A DNA stretch of 64,000 bases. Source: an uncultured SAR86 cluster bacterium (GTDB lineage Bacteria > Pseudomonadota > Gammaproteobacteria > Magnimaribacterales > D2472). Of the stretch, positions 18,241 through 28,559 are shown in pieces. Position numbers and translations under genes: made by a program. Positions within the stretch are counted from its first letter, which is position 1; every line of letters begins with the position of its first letter. The stretch spans positions 10,181-74,180 of the forward strand of contig CACEAP010000005.1 in NCBI GenBank assembly GCA_902557645.1. The letters are read 5' to 3'. The notes under the pieces were generated by a model. It saw only the letters and a program-made list of their open reading frames with translations, was not told the origin of the DNA and searched no databases.

Positions 18241-20676
18241 ATGAGCTTTATAAGTAAATATATAAATTTAGTCCTAACTTACCCAAAACAAATTCTTTTA
18301 ATTGTCTTTATATCATTAGTAATAAGTTTAATAGGATTAAATAATTTTAAGCTAGATGCTTCATCCGATGCCTTAGTGTTGGAAAATGATTTAGCTTTTA
18401 AAATTTATCAGGAATCTGGTGATGAATTTGGCGGCTCAGATTTTTTGATAGTAACTTTTAAACCCTTTAATGAGTTATTTTCAAAGAATTCGCTGCAGAC
18501 TTTGAGCGATCTGGAGATGAACTTAAGTAAGGTTCAGGGAGTTGAAGATGTATTTTCACTTTTAGATGCGCCTATTTTTTTTCAACCCAAGGTTCCATTA
18601 ACAGATGTTGCAGATAATTTAAAAGATCTTGAATCTCCAGATATCGATTTTATAAAAGCAAAAAAAGAGTTTCTAGATAATCCTATATACAAAGATTTAA
18701 TATTAACATCTGACGGAAAAACAACTGCACTTCAGGTAGTTATATCTGAAAATATTAAAAAAAGTAATTTAGTCAATGAAAGATACACAGCTCTTGCAGA
18801 AATTAATCCTGATGATGAATATATTAAAAAACTCAATAAGCAAATTTCAGCATTTAATGAAATTGAATCTATTGAACAAGAAATTCTTATAAAAGAAATA
18901 AGAAATATTCTTGATATTTATAGAGATAAAGCAACATTATTTCTAGGCGGCCCTTCTATGATAGCTGTAGATATGATGAGTTATATAAAATCAGATCTGG
19001 TTACATTTGGTATAGGCGTTGCAATAATTTTTGCCCTAATGCTGTATTTATTTTTTGGGAATATCTGGTTTGTATTCTTGCCTCTAACCAATGCTTTTAT
19101 AACATCAACTTTTACCGCCGGTATATTGGGTTTAATGGATTGGAAAATTAGTGTTGTATCATCTAACTTTGTAGCCTTATTACTTATATTAACAATCTCT
19201 CTGACTGTGCATGTAATGGTTAGGTTTTCAGATAGTAAAGAGTCAAATAGAAAATTAGCACTACAAAAGACATTTATAGGAATGTTTATGCCGTGTTTAT
19301 TTGCTGCATTAACAACAGCTATAGCCTTTTTATCTTTAACCTTCGCTGATCTAAAGCCTGTAATTGAATTTGGAAAGATGATGGCTGTAGGAATGTCATT
19401 TGCCTTATTATTCACCTTTAGTTTCCTGCTTGCAGCTTTTGCTCTTCTAGATACCAGACTAACACGTGATTTTATAAACATAAGATTAATTTTAAAAACA
19501 ATTGCTGAATTTACTAATGCACATAAAGTTTTCTTGTCAGCATCCTATTTAATTATTTTTATTTTATTTTTTATAGGAATGTCTAAATTAATTGTAGAGA
19601 ATAGATTTATTGATTACTTCGACGAATCCACTGAGATATATCAAGGCATGCTGCTATTGGATGAGGAGCTTGGTGGGACAGCAACCTTAGATATTATCAT
19701 TAATGAGCCTGAAGATGATTCTAATAACATCACTACAGACGATACTGATGATTTATTTTTTGATGATATGTTTGCAGATGATGATAGCCAAGCATCAGGT
19801 TACTGGTGGAATATATATTCATTAGCAAAATTAGAAGAAATTCATGATTATCTTGATGCAATGCCTGAGATTGGTAAAGTTTTAAGTGTTGCAAGTGGTG
19901 TTAAATTAGCCAGACAAATTAATGATAATGAGGATTTAAATGATCTTGAATTAGCATTATTAAGATCTGTCTTGCCTGAGGATATAAGAGAAACGTTATT
20001 ATATTCATATATCAACAAAGATGATTCGAAAGTAAGAATATCAACCAGAGTAATAGAATCAGCAGAATCATTAAATAGAGATGAATTATTAACAAAGATC
20101 GAAATGGATTTGGTTAATAACTTTAATCTTTCAAAAGATCAATTTGAAATAACTGGTCTTGCTGTGCTTTATAATAATATGCTGCAATCGCTTTTCACAT
20201 CACAAATTGGTTCACTTACATTGGTATTTGTTGTTATTGCATTTATGTTATTAATTTTATTTAGATCAATAAAAATTATGTTGATTGGGATCTTGCCAAA
20301 TATTTTTGTGGCTTCAAGTGTGTTGGGGTTATTAGGCCTGCTAAAAATACCCTTAGATATTATGACTATTACGGTAGCTTCTATAAGTGTAGGCATGGCT
20401 GTTGATAATACTATTCATTATCTATATCGATATCGTTCTTATATTAAAGCTGGTCATGATGCTGAGGAAAGTATGCATCTGTCACATTTAAGCGTTGGAA
20501 GAGCAATCTTTTATACAGCATTTACTATTGCGGTTGGTTTTTCTATTTTAATGCTATCTAATTTTGCACCAACAGCATTGTTTGGCATTTTTACTGCAAT
20601 AGCACTATTATTAGCATTTGTTAGTTCATTAACTTTATTGCCGATAATGTTAGTAAAGTTTAAGGTTTTTCAATAA
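18241..20676 (+). CDS. MMPL/RND-superfamily exporter (two 6-TM bundles, SSD-like)
   Basis: 811 aa with two hydrophobic bundles separated by large soluble domains, the typical MMPL/HpnN-like layout. Confidence 0.7.
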   Translation: MSFISKYINLVLTYPKQILLIVFISLVISLIGLNNFKLDASSDALVLENDLAFKIYQESGDEFGGSDFLIVTFKPFNELFSKNSLQTLSDLEMNLSKVQGVEDVFSLLDAPIFFQPKVPLTDVADNLKDLESPDIDFIKAKKEFLDNPIYKDLILTSDGKTTALQVVISENIKKSNLVNERYTALAEINPDDEYIKKLNKQISAFNEIESIEQEILIKEIRNILDIYRDKATLFLGGPSMIAVDMMSYIKSDLVTFGIGVAIIFALMLYLFFGNIWFVFLPLTNAFITSTFTAGILGLMDWKISVVSSNFVALLLILTISLTVHVMVRFSDSKESNRKLALQKTFIGMFMPCLFAALTTAIAFLSLTFADLKPVIEFGKMMAVGMSFALLFTFSFLLAAFALLDTRLTRDFINIRLILKTIAEFTNAHKVFLSASYLIIFILFFIGMSKLIVENRFIDYFDESTEIYQGMLLLDEELGGTATLDIIINEPEDDSNNITTDDTDDLFFDDMFADDDSQASGYWWNIYSLAKLEEIHDYLDAMPEIGKVLSVASGVKLARQINDNEDLNDLELALLRSVLPEDIRETLLYSYINKDDSKVRISTRVIESAESLNRDELLTKIEMDLVNNFNLSKDQFEITGLAVLYNNMLQSLFTSQIGSLTLVFVVIAFMLLILFRSIKIMLIGILPNIFVASSVLGLLGLLKIPLDIMTITVASISVGMAVDNTIHYLYRYRSYIKAGHDAEESMHLSHLSVGRAIFYTAFTIAVGFSILMLSNFAPTALFGIFTAIALLLAFVSSLTLLPIMLVKFKVFQ

Positions 20677-20682
20677 TTTATT

Positions 20683-21786
20683 ATGGGCCCATTAAAAGGT
20701 TTAAAAATATTAGAGTTTTCTGGAATTGGTCCAGGGCCGTTTTGTGGAATGTTATTAGCTGATTTAGGTGCTGATGTTATTAGACTTGATAAATCATCTA
20801 ATCATGGAAATTTTAATAAAGCTGATATTCACAATAGAAATAAAAAATCTATAACAGTAGATTTAAAAGATCCTGATTCAATTCATGAGATAAAAAAATT
20901 AATCTCACAGATGGATGGTATATTTGAAGGCTTTAGGCCAGGTGTTATGGAGAGGCTTGGTTTAGGACCTAAAGAATGTCTAGAAATTAATAATTCATTA
21001 GTATATGGAAGAATGACAGGTTGGGGTCAGGAAGGACCTATGGCAAATCAATCTGGTCATGATATTAATTATATTGCTCTATCAGGAGTTTTAGACTCTA
21101 TGGGTAGAGAAGGTGAAAATCCACAACCTCCATTAAATTTAGTAGGAGATTTTGGTGGCGGAGGTATGCTTTTAGCTGTTGGGATGCTTGGAGCTTTTAT
21201 TCATTCGCAAAAAACTGGAGAAGGGCAGGTAGTTGATGCAGCAATGATAGATGGAAGCTCAATGCTGATGAGTATGTTTTACTCATTTAAAGAAATGGGA
21301 TTTTGGAAAGAGAACAAAGAATCAAATCTATTAGATGGAGCGGCACATTTTTATGACACCTATGAATGCAGAGATAAGAAGCATATAGCTATAGGCGCTA
21401 TTGAACCTCAATTTTATAAAGAGTTATTAGAAAAGCTAGAAATCAACGATAAAGATTTTTTAGATCAAATGAATAGACTAATTTGGCCAAAATTAAAGAT
21501 AAAAATGGCAAGTGTCATCAAAACTAAAACCAGGGATGAATGGGCTGAAATATTTAATAATTCTGATGCTTGTGTTTCACCAGTCTTAAGTCTTACTGAA
21601 ACACCATTACACCCTCATCATGTCGCTAGAGAAACTTTTATGAATATAAATGGTTTTGCTGAGCCAACTCCTTCACCGAGATTCTCAAAAACTTACTTAG
21701 AACAAAATTCTAATATTGTGGCATCTGGTTCTGATAATGAAGCTGTTTGTAAAGAGTATGATTTAGATATTTCTAAGTTAGGCTAA
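20683..21786 (+). CDS. Family III CoA-transferase (CaiB/BaiF), alpha-methylacyl-CoA racemase-like
   Basis: The N-terminus GPLKGLKILEFSGIGPGPFCGMLLADLGADVIRLD closely follows the AMACR/MCR pattern. Confidence 0.8.
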   Translation: MGPLKGLKILEFSGIGPGPFCGMLLADLGADVIRLDKSSNHGNFNKADIHNRNKKSITVDLKDPDSIHEIKKLISQMDGIFEGFRPGVMERLGLGPKECLEINNSLVYGRMTGWGQEGPMANQSGHDINYIALSGVLDSMGREGENPQPPLNLVGDFGGGGMLLAVGMLGAFIHSQKTGEGQVVDAAMIDGSSMLMSMFYSFKEMGFWKENKESNLLDGAAHFYDTYECRDKKHIAIGAIEPQFYKELLEKLEINDKDFLDQMNRLIWPKLKIKMASVIKTKTRDEWAEIFNNSDACVSPVLSLTETPLHPHHVARETFMNINGFAEPTPSPRFSKTYLEQNSNIVASGSDNEAVCKEYDLDISKLG

Positions 21787-22558
21787 AAAAATCTTCACCA
21801 TTTTTATAAGTGGACTCACATATTAATTCAAGAGGCTCTTCTCTTAATTTAGCAATTTCGTTAGCTATGTGCATAAGATATTTTGGCTCATTTCTATTTT
21901 TATTTGGCTTAGGAGAAAGATTTCTTGGAATTAAATAGGGCGAGTCTGTTTCTATCATTAATTTATCAAGAGGAATATTCTTAATAGATTTTCGCAATTC
22001 TTTATTTCTTCTTTCATCACAGATCCATCCAGTTAGACCTACATAAAAACCATTATCAAGATAATCATCAAGTTCATTTTGAGTTCCAGTAAAACAATGT
22101 ACAACAGCTTTATCAATATCATTCTTATATTTATCTATTAGTTTTATAAAAGGTTCGTGCGATTCTCTTTGATGAAGAAACAGCGGTTTATTAAATTTAA
22201 TAGCTAATTTTATCTGCTCTTCAAAAGCATACATCTGTTCTTCATAACTAGAAATATTTCTAAAAAAATCTAAACCCATCTCACCCAAAGCATTCGGATT
22301 ATATTTTGAAACAAGTTCATGCATTTTTAGAACAGAATCACTGTTAAATGTTTTAGCATGATGGGGGTGAACACCAGTAGTGAAGTAACAATTATTATTT
22401 TTAACTATTTTATTTATTGATGGTTGGTCAGTTAGTTCAGCAGAAACAACAAGAAACTTGTTTACACCAACATTAACTGCTGAATTAATAACCTCATCTA
22501 AATCATTAGCAAAAGCTTCATGAGTAAAGTTACAAGCTATATCAAATAATTGATTCAT
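21773..22558 (-). CDS. tatD: TatD-family metal-dependent hydrolase
   Basis: 261 aa with the TatD pattern (GVHPHH, GEMGLDF, LHQRESH, VHCFTG, ETDSPYL). Confidence 0.85.
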   Translation of the reverse strand: MNQLFDIACNFTHEAFANDLDEVINSAVNVGVNKFLVVSAELTDQPSINKIVKNNNCYFTTGVHPHHAKTFNSDSVLKMHELVSKYNPNALGEMGLDFFRNISSYEEQMYAFEEQIKLAIKFNKPLFLHQRESHEPFIKLIDKYKNDIDKAVVHCFTGTQNELDDYLDNGFYVGLTGWICDERRNKELRKSIKNIPLDKLMIETDSPYLIPRNLSPKPNKNRNEPKYLMHIANEIAKLREEPLELICESTYKNGEDFFSLT

Positions 22559-22581
22559 TTTATAAAGATTCTTCTAGTCTT

Positions 22582-23457
22582 ATGAATTACAATTATCTAA
22601 CAAAAATAACAATTATGGACAAATTTAAACAATTTATAGATGCAATTAGTATCGAGAAGGTTGATGATTTCTCATATAAGGTAACACCAAGCGAAAATTT
22701 TTTCGTTGGAAATACACCTCATGGTGGATATTTGATGGCAATAATGCATAAAGCGCTGACATCAACATTGCCTCATTCTTGTGCAATTAGTTCATCAATA
22801 CAGTACTTAGATAGAACTGAGCCTCGAGAGATAGATATTAAGGTTGATGTTATAAGAATTAGCAAAGGCAGCTCAACAGGCAGAGTTACCATTTTTCAAG
22901 ATAATAATATTAAATGCATTTATACAGGGTTGTGTTCAGATTTTGAACACATGAAAGGTTATGCAGGGCTTGAATCACCAATTCCAGAAATATTTCTAAA
23001 TACTAATAAAGATAAATTTGTAAATTTAGATTATGAAAATATAAAGCCTGGATTTACACCCGCTTTTGTTAAGCAGGTGGATTGTTTTGTCCATCCTGAT
23101 CATGCATGGTGGGATAGAAAAATTACAAATGAAGATGCCGATGCTAGATGCTCTGCATATATATCATTAGAAGGAGGTATTCCAGATCAATATGCTTTAT
23201 CATTTTTTTCAGATATTCTTCCTCCAGTTGTCTCTAATAAATATGGACCACTTGGATGGGTACCTACATTGACTTTAACTACACATATTAGGCAAATGCC
23301 ACAAACTGAAGAACTAATGCTAGATTTTGTAGCAGGTGATATTAATAATGGATACTTTGAACAAGACTGCAGAATATGGGATCTAAATAAAAATTTAGTT
23401 GCTTCAAGCAGACAACTCACTAGAATACTTAAATCAGAAGAAAAAATTACAATATAA
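22582..23457 (+). CDS. Thioesterase-like superfamily protein (TesB/4HBT_3-like double hotdog)
   Basis: About 280-291 aa with TPHGGYLMAI near the N-terminus. An alternative start is ATG 22615. Confidence 0.55.
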   Translation: MNYNYLTKITIMDKFKQFIDAISIEKVDDFSYKVTPSENFFVGNTPHGGYLMAIMHKALTSTLPHSCAISSSIQYLDRTEPREIDIKVDVIRISKGSSTGRVTIFQDNNIKCIYTGLCSDFEHMKGYAGLESPIPEIFLNTNKDKFVNLDYENIKPGFTPAFVKQVDCFVHPDHAWWDRKITNEDADARCSAYISLEGGIPDQYALSFFSDILPPVVSNKYGPLGWVPTLTLTTHIRQMPQTEELMLDFVAGDINNGYFEQDCRIWDLNKNLVASSRQLTRILKSEEKITI

Positions 23458-23477
23458 AAATAAAATAGGAATTAATT

Positions 23478-24329
23478 ATGCAGTTTAAAGGAACTAAAAA
23501 TTATATCTCTACAGATGATCTTAGTATGGCAGTTAATGCATCTGTAGCATTAGAAAGACCTTTATTGATTAAAGGTGAGCCTGGTACTGGTAAAACTTTG
23601 CTAGCAATAGAGGTTGCTGAAGCCTTAGGGTTAGATTTAATTGAGTGGCATATAAAATCTACTACAAAAGCCACACAAGGACTTTATGAATATGATGCTG
23701 TAACAAGACTTAGAGATTCTCAGCTTGGAGATGAAAGAGTTAAAGATATCGCAAACTATATTAAAAAAGGAAAACTATGGGAGGCTTTTACCTCTGAAGA
23801 ACAAGTTGTTCTTTTAATTGATGAAATTGATAAAGCCGATATTGAATTTCCTAATGATTTACTTCAAGAGTTAGATCGTATGGAATTTTTCTGTTATGAA
23901 ACAGGCGAGACTATTAAAGCTAAACATAGACCTATAATTATTATGACTTCTAACAATGAAAAAGAATTACCTGATGCTTTTTTAAGAAGATGTTTTTTTC
24001 ATTATATTAATTTTCCTGATAGAGAAACCATGAATAAAATTGTTAAAGTGCATTATCCAAAAATCAAGAAAAAACTTGTTAATGATGCTTTAGAAATTTT
24101 CTTTGATCTTAGAAAAATACCAGGATTGAAGAAAAAACCTTCGACCTCAGAACTCATTGACTGGTTGAAACTATTATTATCGGACGATATGCCTGATGAA
24201 ATTTTAAAAAACGCTGATTCTTCAAAAGCAATACCACCACTTTATGGAGCTCTCTTAAAAAATGAACAAGATGTTCATTTATTAGAAAGATTGGCATTTA
24301 TGTCTAGAAGAGAATCAGCAAATAAATAA
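23478..24329 (+). CDS. MoxR-type AAA+ ATPase (CoxD-like)
   Basis: Walker A GEPGTGKT, Walker B LLIDEIDK, and a sensor region TSNNEKELPDAFLRRC. Confidence 0.85.
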   Translation: MQFKGTKNYISTDDLSMAVNASVALERPLLIKGEPGTGKTLLAIEVAEALGLDLIEWHIKSTTKATQGLYEYDAVTRLRDSQLGDERVKDIANYIKKGKLWEAFTSEEQVVLLIDEIDKADIEFPNDLLQELDRMEFFCYETGETIKAKHRPIIIMTSNNEKELPDAFLRRCFFHYINFPDRETMNKIVKVHYPKIKKKLVNDALEIFFDLRKIPGLKKKPSTSELIDWLKLLLSDDMPDEILKNADSSKAIPPLYGALLKNEQDVHLLERLAFMSRRESANK

Positions 24330-24335
24330 AAATTT

Positions 24336-25511
24336 ATGCTAATAAATCTTTTTCAAACAGTTAAAGCCTCTGGAGTTCCTTGCTCTCTTAGGGAACTGCT
24401 TGATTTATTAGGTGCATTAGAAAAAAGAGTTGCTTATGCTGACCTTGATGATTTTTATTATTTATCACGCGCAATACTTGTCAAAGATGAAAAACACTAC
24501 GATAAGTTTGACAAAGCTTTTGAAATTTACTTTAAAGGAATTGAAAAGCTTGAGGATATATTTCAAGCATTAATTCCAGATGATTGGTTAAGAAAAGCAT
24601 TTGAAAAAGAATTAGATCCAGAAGAATTAAAAAAAATTAAATCACTTGGAGGTCTAGATAAGCTGCTTGAAGAATTCAAAAAGCGTCTTGAAGAACAAAA
24701 AGAACGACATGAAGGCGGTTCTAAATGGGTAGGTACAAACGGTACTTCTCCTTTTGGTCATGGAGGACAAAATCCTGAAGGCATAAGAGTAGGTGGAGCA
24801 GGAGGACAAAAAAAGGCAGTTAAAGTTTGGGAACAACGTCAATATAGCAATTTAGATGACTCTATTACCATTGGTACAAGAAATATAAAGATGGCGCTTC
24901 GTCGCTTAAGAAAGTTTGCACGTCAAGGTAATGATTTAGAGTTAGATATGGATGGAACTATAAAATCTACTGCTAAAAATGCCGGATATCTTGATATTAA
25001 TATGGTCCCAGAAAGAGCAAATGCAGTAAAAGTATTGATATTTTTTGATGTTGGTGGATCAATGGATCCATATGTAAAACTTTGTGAAGAATTATTTTCA
25101 GCAATAAAAACTGAATTTAAAAATCTTGAGTATTATTATTTTCATAATTGCATATATGAGTCAGTATGGAAGGATAACAGAAGAAGAAGTCAAGAAAGAA
25201 TACTCGTTCAAGACATAATTAATAAATACACTCCAGATTACAAGGTTATTGTTGTAGGTGATGCAACTATGGCTCCCTATGAAATTACCAATTCAGGTGG
25301 GAGTATCGAGCATTGGAATGAAGAGCCTGGATCAGCATGGATCAAGAAATTATCAAAACATTTTGAAAATATGGCATGGTTAAATCCAGTGCCAGATGAT
25401 CATTGGGATTACACCTCATCAGTATGTATCTTAAGAGACTTATTTGATGATAGGATGTATTCTTTAACATTAAAAGGTTTAGAGGAGGGGATGTCTAATC
25501 TATCAAAATGA
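24336..25511 (+). CDS. VWA-domain protein, CoxE-like
   Basis: 391 aa. The C-terminal VWA has a MIDAS-like DVGGSM, and it pairs with the MoxR ATPase. Confidence 0.75.
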   Translation: MLINLFQTVKASGVPCSLRELLDLLGALEKRVAYADLDDFYYLSRAILVKDEKHYDKFDKAFEIYFKGIEKLEDIFQALIPDDWLRKAFEKELDPEELKKIKSLGGLDKLLEEFKKRLEEQKERHEGGSKWVGTNGTSPFGHGGQNPEGIRVGGAGGQKKAVKVWEQRQYSNLDDSITIGTRNIKMALRRLRKFARQGNDLELDMDGTIKSTAKNAGYLDINMVPERANAVKVLIFFDVGGSMDPYVKLCEELFSAIKTEFKNLEYYYFHNCIYESVWKDNRRRSQERILVQDIINKYTPDYKVIVVGDATMAPYEITNSGGSIEHWNEEPGSAWIKKLSKHFENMAWLNPVPDDHWDYTSSVCILRDLFDDRMYSLTLKGLEEGMSNLSK

Positions 25512-26857
25512 ATACAGCAACTAACACAACAACCAGTAAGGGTATTAAGTGGGGGCCATTTACACTTAGAATTCCTTTTATTCATCTTAATCTAAGAGCT
25601 GGAGAGTTCTTTCAAGGCATGGTTATATCAGGAGCTACTGCTTTTGCAGCTGTTCCAATTGCTATGGGTCTTGGATTAACTTTTGAGGAAGGGGTAGCCT
25701 TAAGTTTTATTGCTGGAACACTCATAGGAGCTGGACCTATTTTTTTTGGTGAACCAATGGCTCCAGGCTGGGTTACACCAGCAGTGCCTATAGTTATAGC
25801 TGCATTCGCTGCTAAAGGACAATTTAATGGAGTATATGATCCAGAAATTTTTAAGTTTATGGCAGCCATGTGTATAGAATTTACTCTATTGCTTTTTATT
25901 ATGGGAATTACAGGCTGGGGAAAAAAGCTTATTGAAATTATACCTAACGGACTTAAGGCTGGAATTATTTTAGGAGCTGCATTGGCAGCATTTTATCAAG
26001 TCTTTGTTACTGATCTTGATAAATTAATGGTTCAACCTGTATCAATGATTCTTGCAATTTCTCTTTGCGTAATTACTACATTTTCTGAACCTTTTAAAAG
26101 ATTAGCATTAAAAAATAACTTTTTTAGAGTAATAGGATCATTGGGCTTATTGCCAGGTTTTGTTTTAGCTGCATTAGTTGCATTTTTACTTAATGAGGTA
26201 ACTTTTGATATTGAATGGGGTTTTAGAATTCCTGATGTAGTTTCATTATTTAACAGAACATCGCCTCTAGCAATTGGCTTTCCATCTTTCGATATGTATG
26301 TTGAGGCGCTTCCATTAGTAATAATAGGATATACATTATTATTTGGTGATTTAATAACTGGAACAGAGGTTTTAAATGATGCTCAAACACAAAGACCAGA
26401 TGAGCCGCTTGATGTTAATTTAGATAGATCACATCTTTCTGTGGCTATGAGAAATTTCTTAGGTCTTTTAGTCAATCCATTTTTTCCAACCCAAGGTGCT
26501 TTATGGACAGGAGTTCATGTTGTAGTAGCAGAGCGTTGGAAAAAAGGTCCAAAGGAAATGCCATCTATATTTGATGGCTTAGGTTCATATTATTTAATGG
26601 GTATCCCATTTTTGTATGTAACTTTACCTTTTATTACATTAATGAAACCATTAATGCAGATGGCTTTAACATTAACTCTTATATTAACAGGTTTTGCTTG
26701 TGCCTATGTTGCTATGGCAATTCCTAAGAAAAATTCTGAAATGGCATCAGCTTTATTAATAGCTGTATTCATAACATTTTTTAGTGCTTGGATAGGACTT
26801 ATTATTGGAATTTTGTTGAGTTTATTTGTAGTTGGAACTGATAAAGATAAAGTTTAA
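25508..26857 (+). CDS. Polytopic membrane protein, putative permease (family not identified)
   Basis: 449 aa with about 11-12 hydrophobic segments. The ATGA start overlaps the VWA gene stop. Confidence 0.5.
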   Translation: MNTATNTTTSKGIKWGPFTLRIPFIHLNLRAGEFFQGMVISGATAFAAVPIAMGLGLTFEEGVALSFIAGTLIGAGPIFFGEPMAPGWVTPAVPIVIAAFAAKGQFNGVYDPEIFKFMAAMCIEFTLLLFIMGITGWGKKLIEIIPNGLKAGIILGAALAAFYQVFVTDLDKLMVQPVSMILAISLCVITTFSEPFKRLALKNNFFRVIGSLGLLPGFVLAALVAFLLNEVTFDIEWGFRIPDVVSLFNRTSPLAIGFPSFDMYVEALPLVIIGYTLLFGDLITGTEVLNDAQTQRPDEPLDVNLDRSHLSVAMRNFLGLLVNPFFPTQGALWTGVHVVVAERWKKGPKEMPSIFDGLGSYYLMGIPFLYVTLPFITLMKPLMQMALTLTLILTGFACAYVAMAIPKKNSEMASALLIAVFITFFSAWIGLIIGILLSLFVVGTDKDKV

Positions 26858-26868
26858 AATAGCTCACC

Positions 26869-27780
26869 ATGAGTTATGCTTTAGAAATTTCAAATTTAAA
26901 GAAAATTTATGCTAATAATATAGTTGCATTAAATGGAATAGATCTCAAAGTTCAAGAAGGAGATTTCTTCGCACTTCTTGGACCTAATGGTGCAGGCAAA
27001 TCATCTACAATCGGCATAGTTGGCTCCTTAGTAAACAAGTCGTCAGGTTCTGTTAAAATTTTCGATATAGATATCGACGATAATTTTTCTGAAGCCAAAC
27101 GTCTTCTTGGTGTTGTTGCGCAAGAAGTAAATTTTGGAAACTTTGAAAAAGTTATAGACATAGTTGTTACTCAAGGTGGTTATTATGGTATACCTTTGAG
27201 AGAAGCATTAATAAAAGCTGAAAATGTAATGAAACGTCTAGGTTTATGGGATAAAAGAAATGATCAAGCCAGAACATTATCTGGAGGTTATAAAAGGCGG
27301 TTAATGATAGCAAAAGCATTAATTCATGAACCAAAGTTATTAATTTTAGATGAACCTACAGCTGGTGTTGATATAGAGCTTAGAAGAGAAATGTGGCAAT
27401 TTTTAAAAGAAATTAATGACAGCGGAACAACTATTATATTAACAACTCATTATTTAGAAGAAGCTGAACAGTTATGCAAAAACATTGCAATTATTGATCA
27501 TGGAGAAATTGTTGAAAATACTAGCATGAAGGATCTTCTTAGTAGGCTTGATGTGCAGGGTTTTGTTTTAGATTTAAATAAACCTATAAATGAAGCACCT
27601 ATTATTGATGGTTTTCCTATGAGACTTGATGATCCAACTACCTTAGTAGCTGCAGTTTCAAAAGATAAGAATATAAATGAGTTATTTAAACTTCTTAGTG
27701 AAAAATCCATACAAGTTAACTCTATGCGAAATGAATCAAATAGATTAGAAGAATTATTTATCGAAATGGTAAAAAGATAA
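26869..27780 (+). CDS. ABC-2-type exporter ATP-binding protein (YadG-like)
   Basis: Walker A GPNGAGKSS, signature LSGGYKRRL, Walker B LILDEPTAGVD. Confidence 0.85.
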   Translation: MSYALEISNLKKIYANNIVALNGIDLKVQEGDFFALLGPNGAGKSSTIGIVGSLVNKSSGSVKIFDIDIDDNFSEAKRLLGVVAQEVNFGNFEKVIDIVVTQGGYYGIPLREALIKAENVMKRLGLWDKRNDQARTLSGGYKRRLMIAKALIHEPKLLILDEPTAGVDIELRREMWQFLKEINDSGTTIILTTHYLEEAEQLCKNIAIIDHGEIVENTSMKDLLSRLDVQGFVLDLNKPINEAPIIDGFPMRLDDPTTLVAAVSKDKNINELFKLLSEKSIQVNSMRNESNRLEELFIEMVKR

Positions 27781-28559
27781 TGTATAGAAGAAAAGAAATT
27801 TTTAATTCATTAATAACTTTATCAATAAAAGAGATAAGGCGTTTTATGCGAATATGGGTTCAAACTTTAGTACCACCAGCAGTAACAATGTCTTTGTATT
27901 TTGTTATTTTTGGATCACTTATCGGACCAAGGATCGGATCTATGGATGGCTTAGACTACATTCAGTTTATGATTCCAGGACTAATTATGATGTCAGTTAT
28001 TACTAATTCATATGCAAATGTTACTTCGTCTTTTTATGGAGTAAAATTTCAAAGATCAATAGAAGAGCTACTTGTTTCACCAATGCCAAATTGGGCAATT
28101 TTATTAGGTTTTATTATTGGTGGTGTTTCCAGGGGTATTTTAATAGGATTTATAGTTTATGTGGTTAGTTTATTTTTTTATCCAGCATTTGAAGTTGTCA
28201 ATCCTGGTTTAACACTTCTTGTTCTCTTTTTAACTGCGATTCTTTTTTCATTGATGGGATTTATAAATGCTGTTTTTGCTGATAGTTTTGATGATATCTC
28301 AATAATTCCAACTTTTATTCTTACTCCTCTAATATATCTTGGTGGAGTTTTTTACTCTATAAATATTCTCCCTGAATTTTGGAGAAATGTGTCCATGGTT
28401 AATCCAATGCTTTATGTAGTCAATACTTTTAGAGAGGGTATGTTAGGAGTTAGTGATGTATCAATACCATTTGCATTAGGTATGATCTTTTCATTTATAG
28501 TTGTTTTTACAGTGGTCTGTCTTTATCTACTCAATAAAGGTATTGGTATTAGACAGTGA
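27780..28559 (+). CDS. ABC-2-type exporter permease (YadH-like)
   Basis: 259 aa with 6 TM. It overlaps the ATPase gene by 1 nt (TAATG). Confidence 0.8.
   Translation: MYRRKEIFNSLITLSIKEIRRFMRIWVQTLVPPAVTMSLYFVIFGSLIGPRIGSMDGLDYIQFMIPGLIMMSVITNSYANVTSSFYGVKFQRSIEELLVSPMPNWAILLGFIIGGVSRGILIGFIVYVVSLFFYPAFEVVNPGLTLLVLFLTAILFSLMGFINAVFADSFDDISIIPTFILTPLIYLGGVFYSINILPEFWRNVSMVNPMLYVVNTFREGMLGVSDVSIPFALGMIFSFIVVFTVVCLYLLNKGIGIRQ

Noticed and set aside
18981-19481. 166-aa antisense ORF inside the MMPL exporter gene. There are many similar shadow ORFs: 2392-2595, 3446-3655, 9148-9372, 9599-9868, 12854-13165, 13741-13950, 14350-14562, 15912-16172, 16752-16934, 20169-20396, 23187-23420, 24654-24842, 25612-25869, 26952-27161, 27498-27710, 31402-31605, 32559-32837, 34587-34775, 34973-35158, 35322-35516, 38059-38379, 40810-41046, 49372-49599, 51743-51958, 59323-59553 and 62332-62577.
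   Set aside because: Each is fully embedded in a longer ORF that has clear family motifs. None has start-site support or a recognisable domain. Open antisense or alternative frames like these are common inside real genes in AT-rich DNA.
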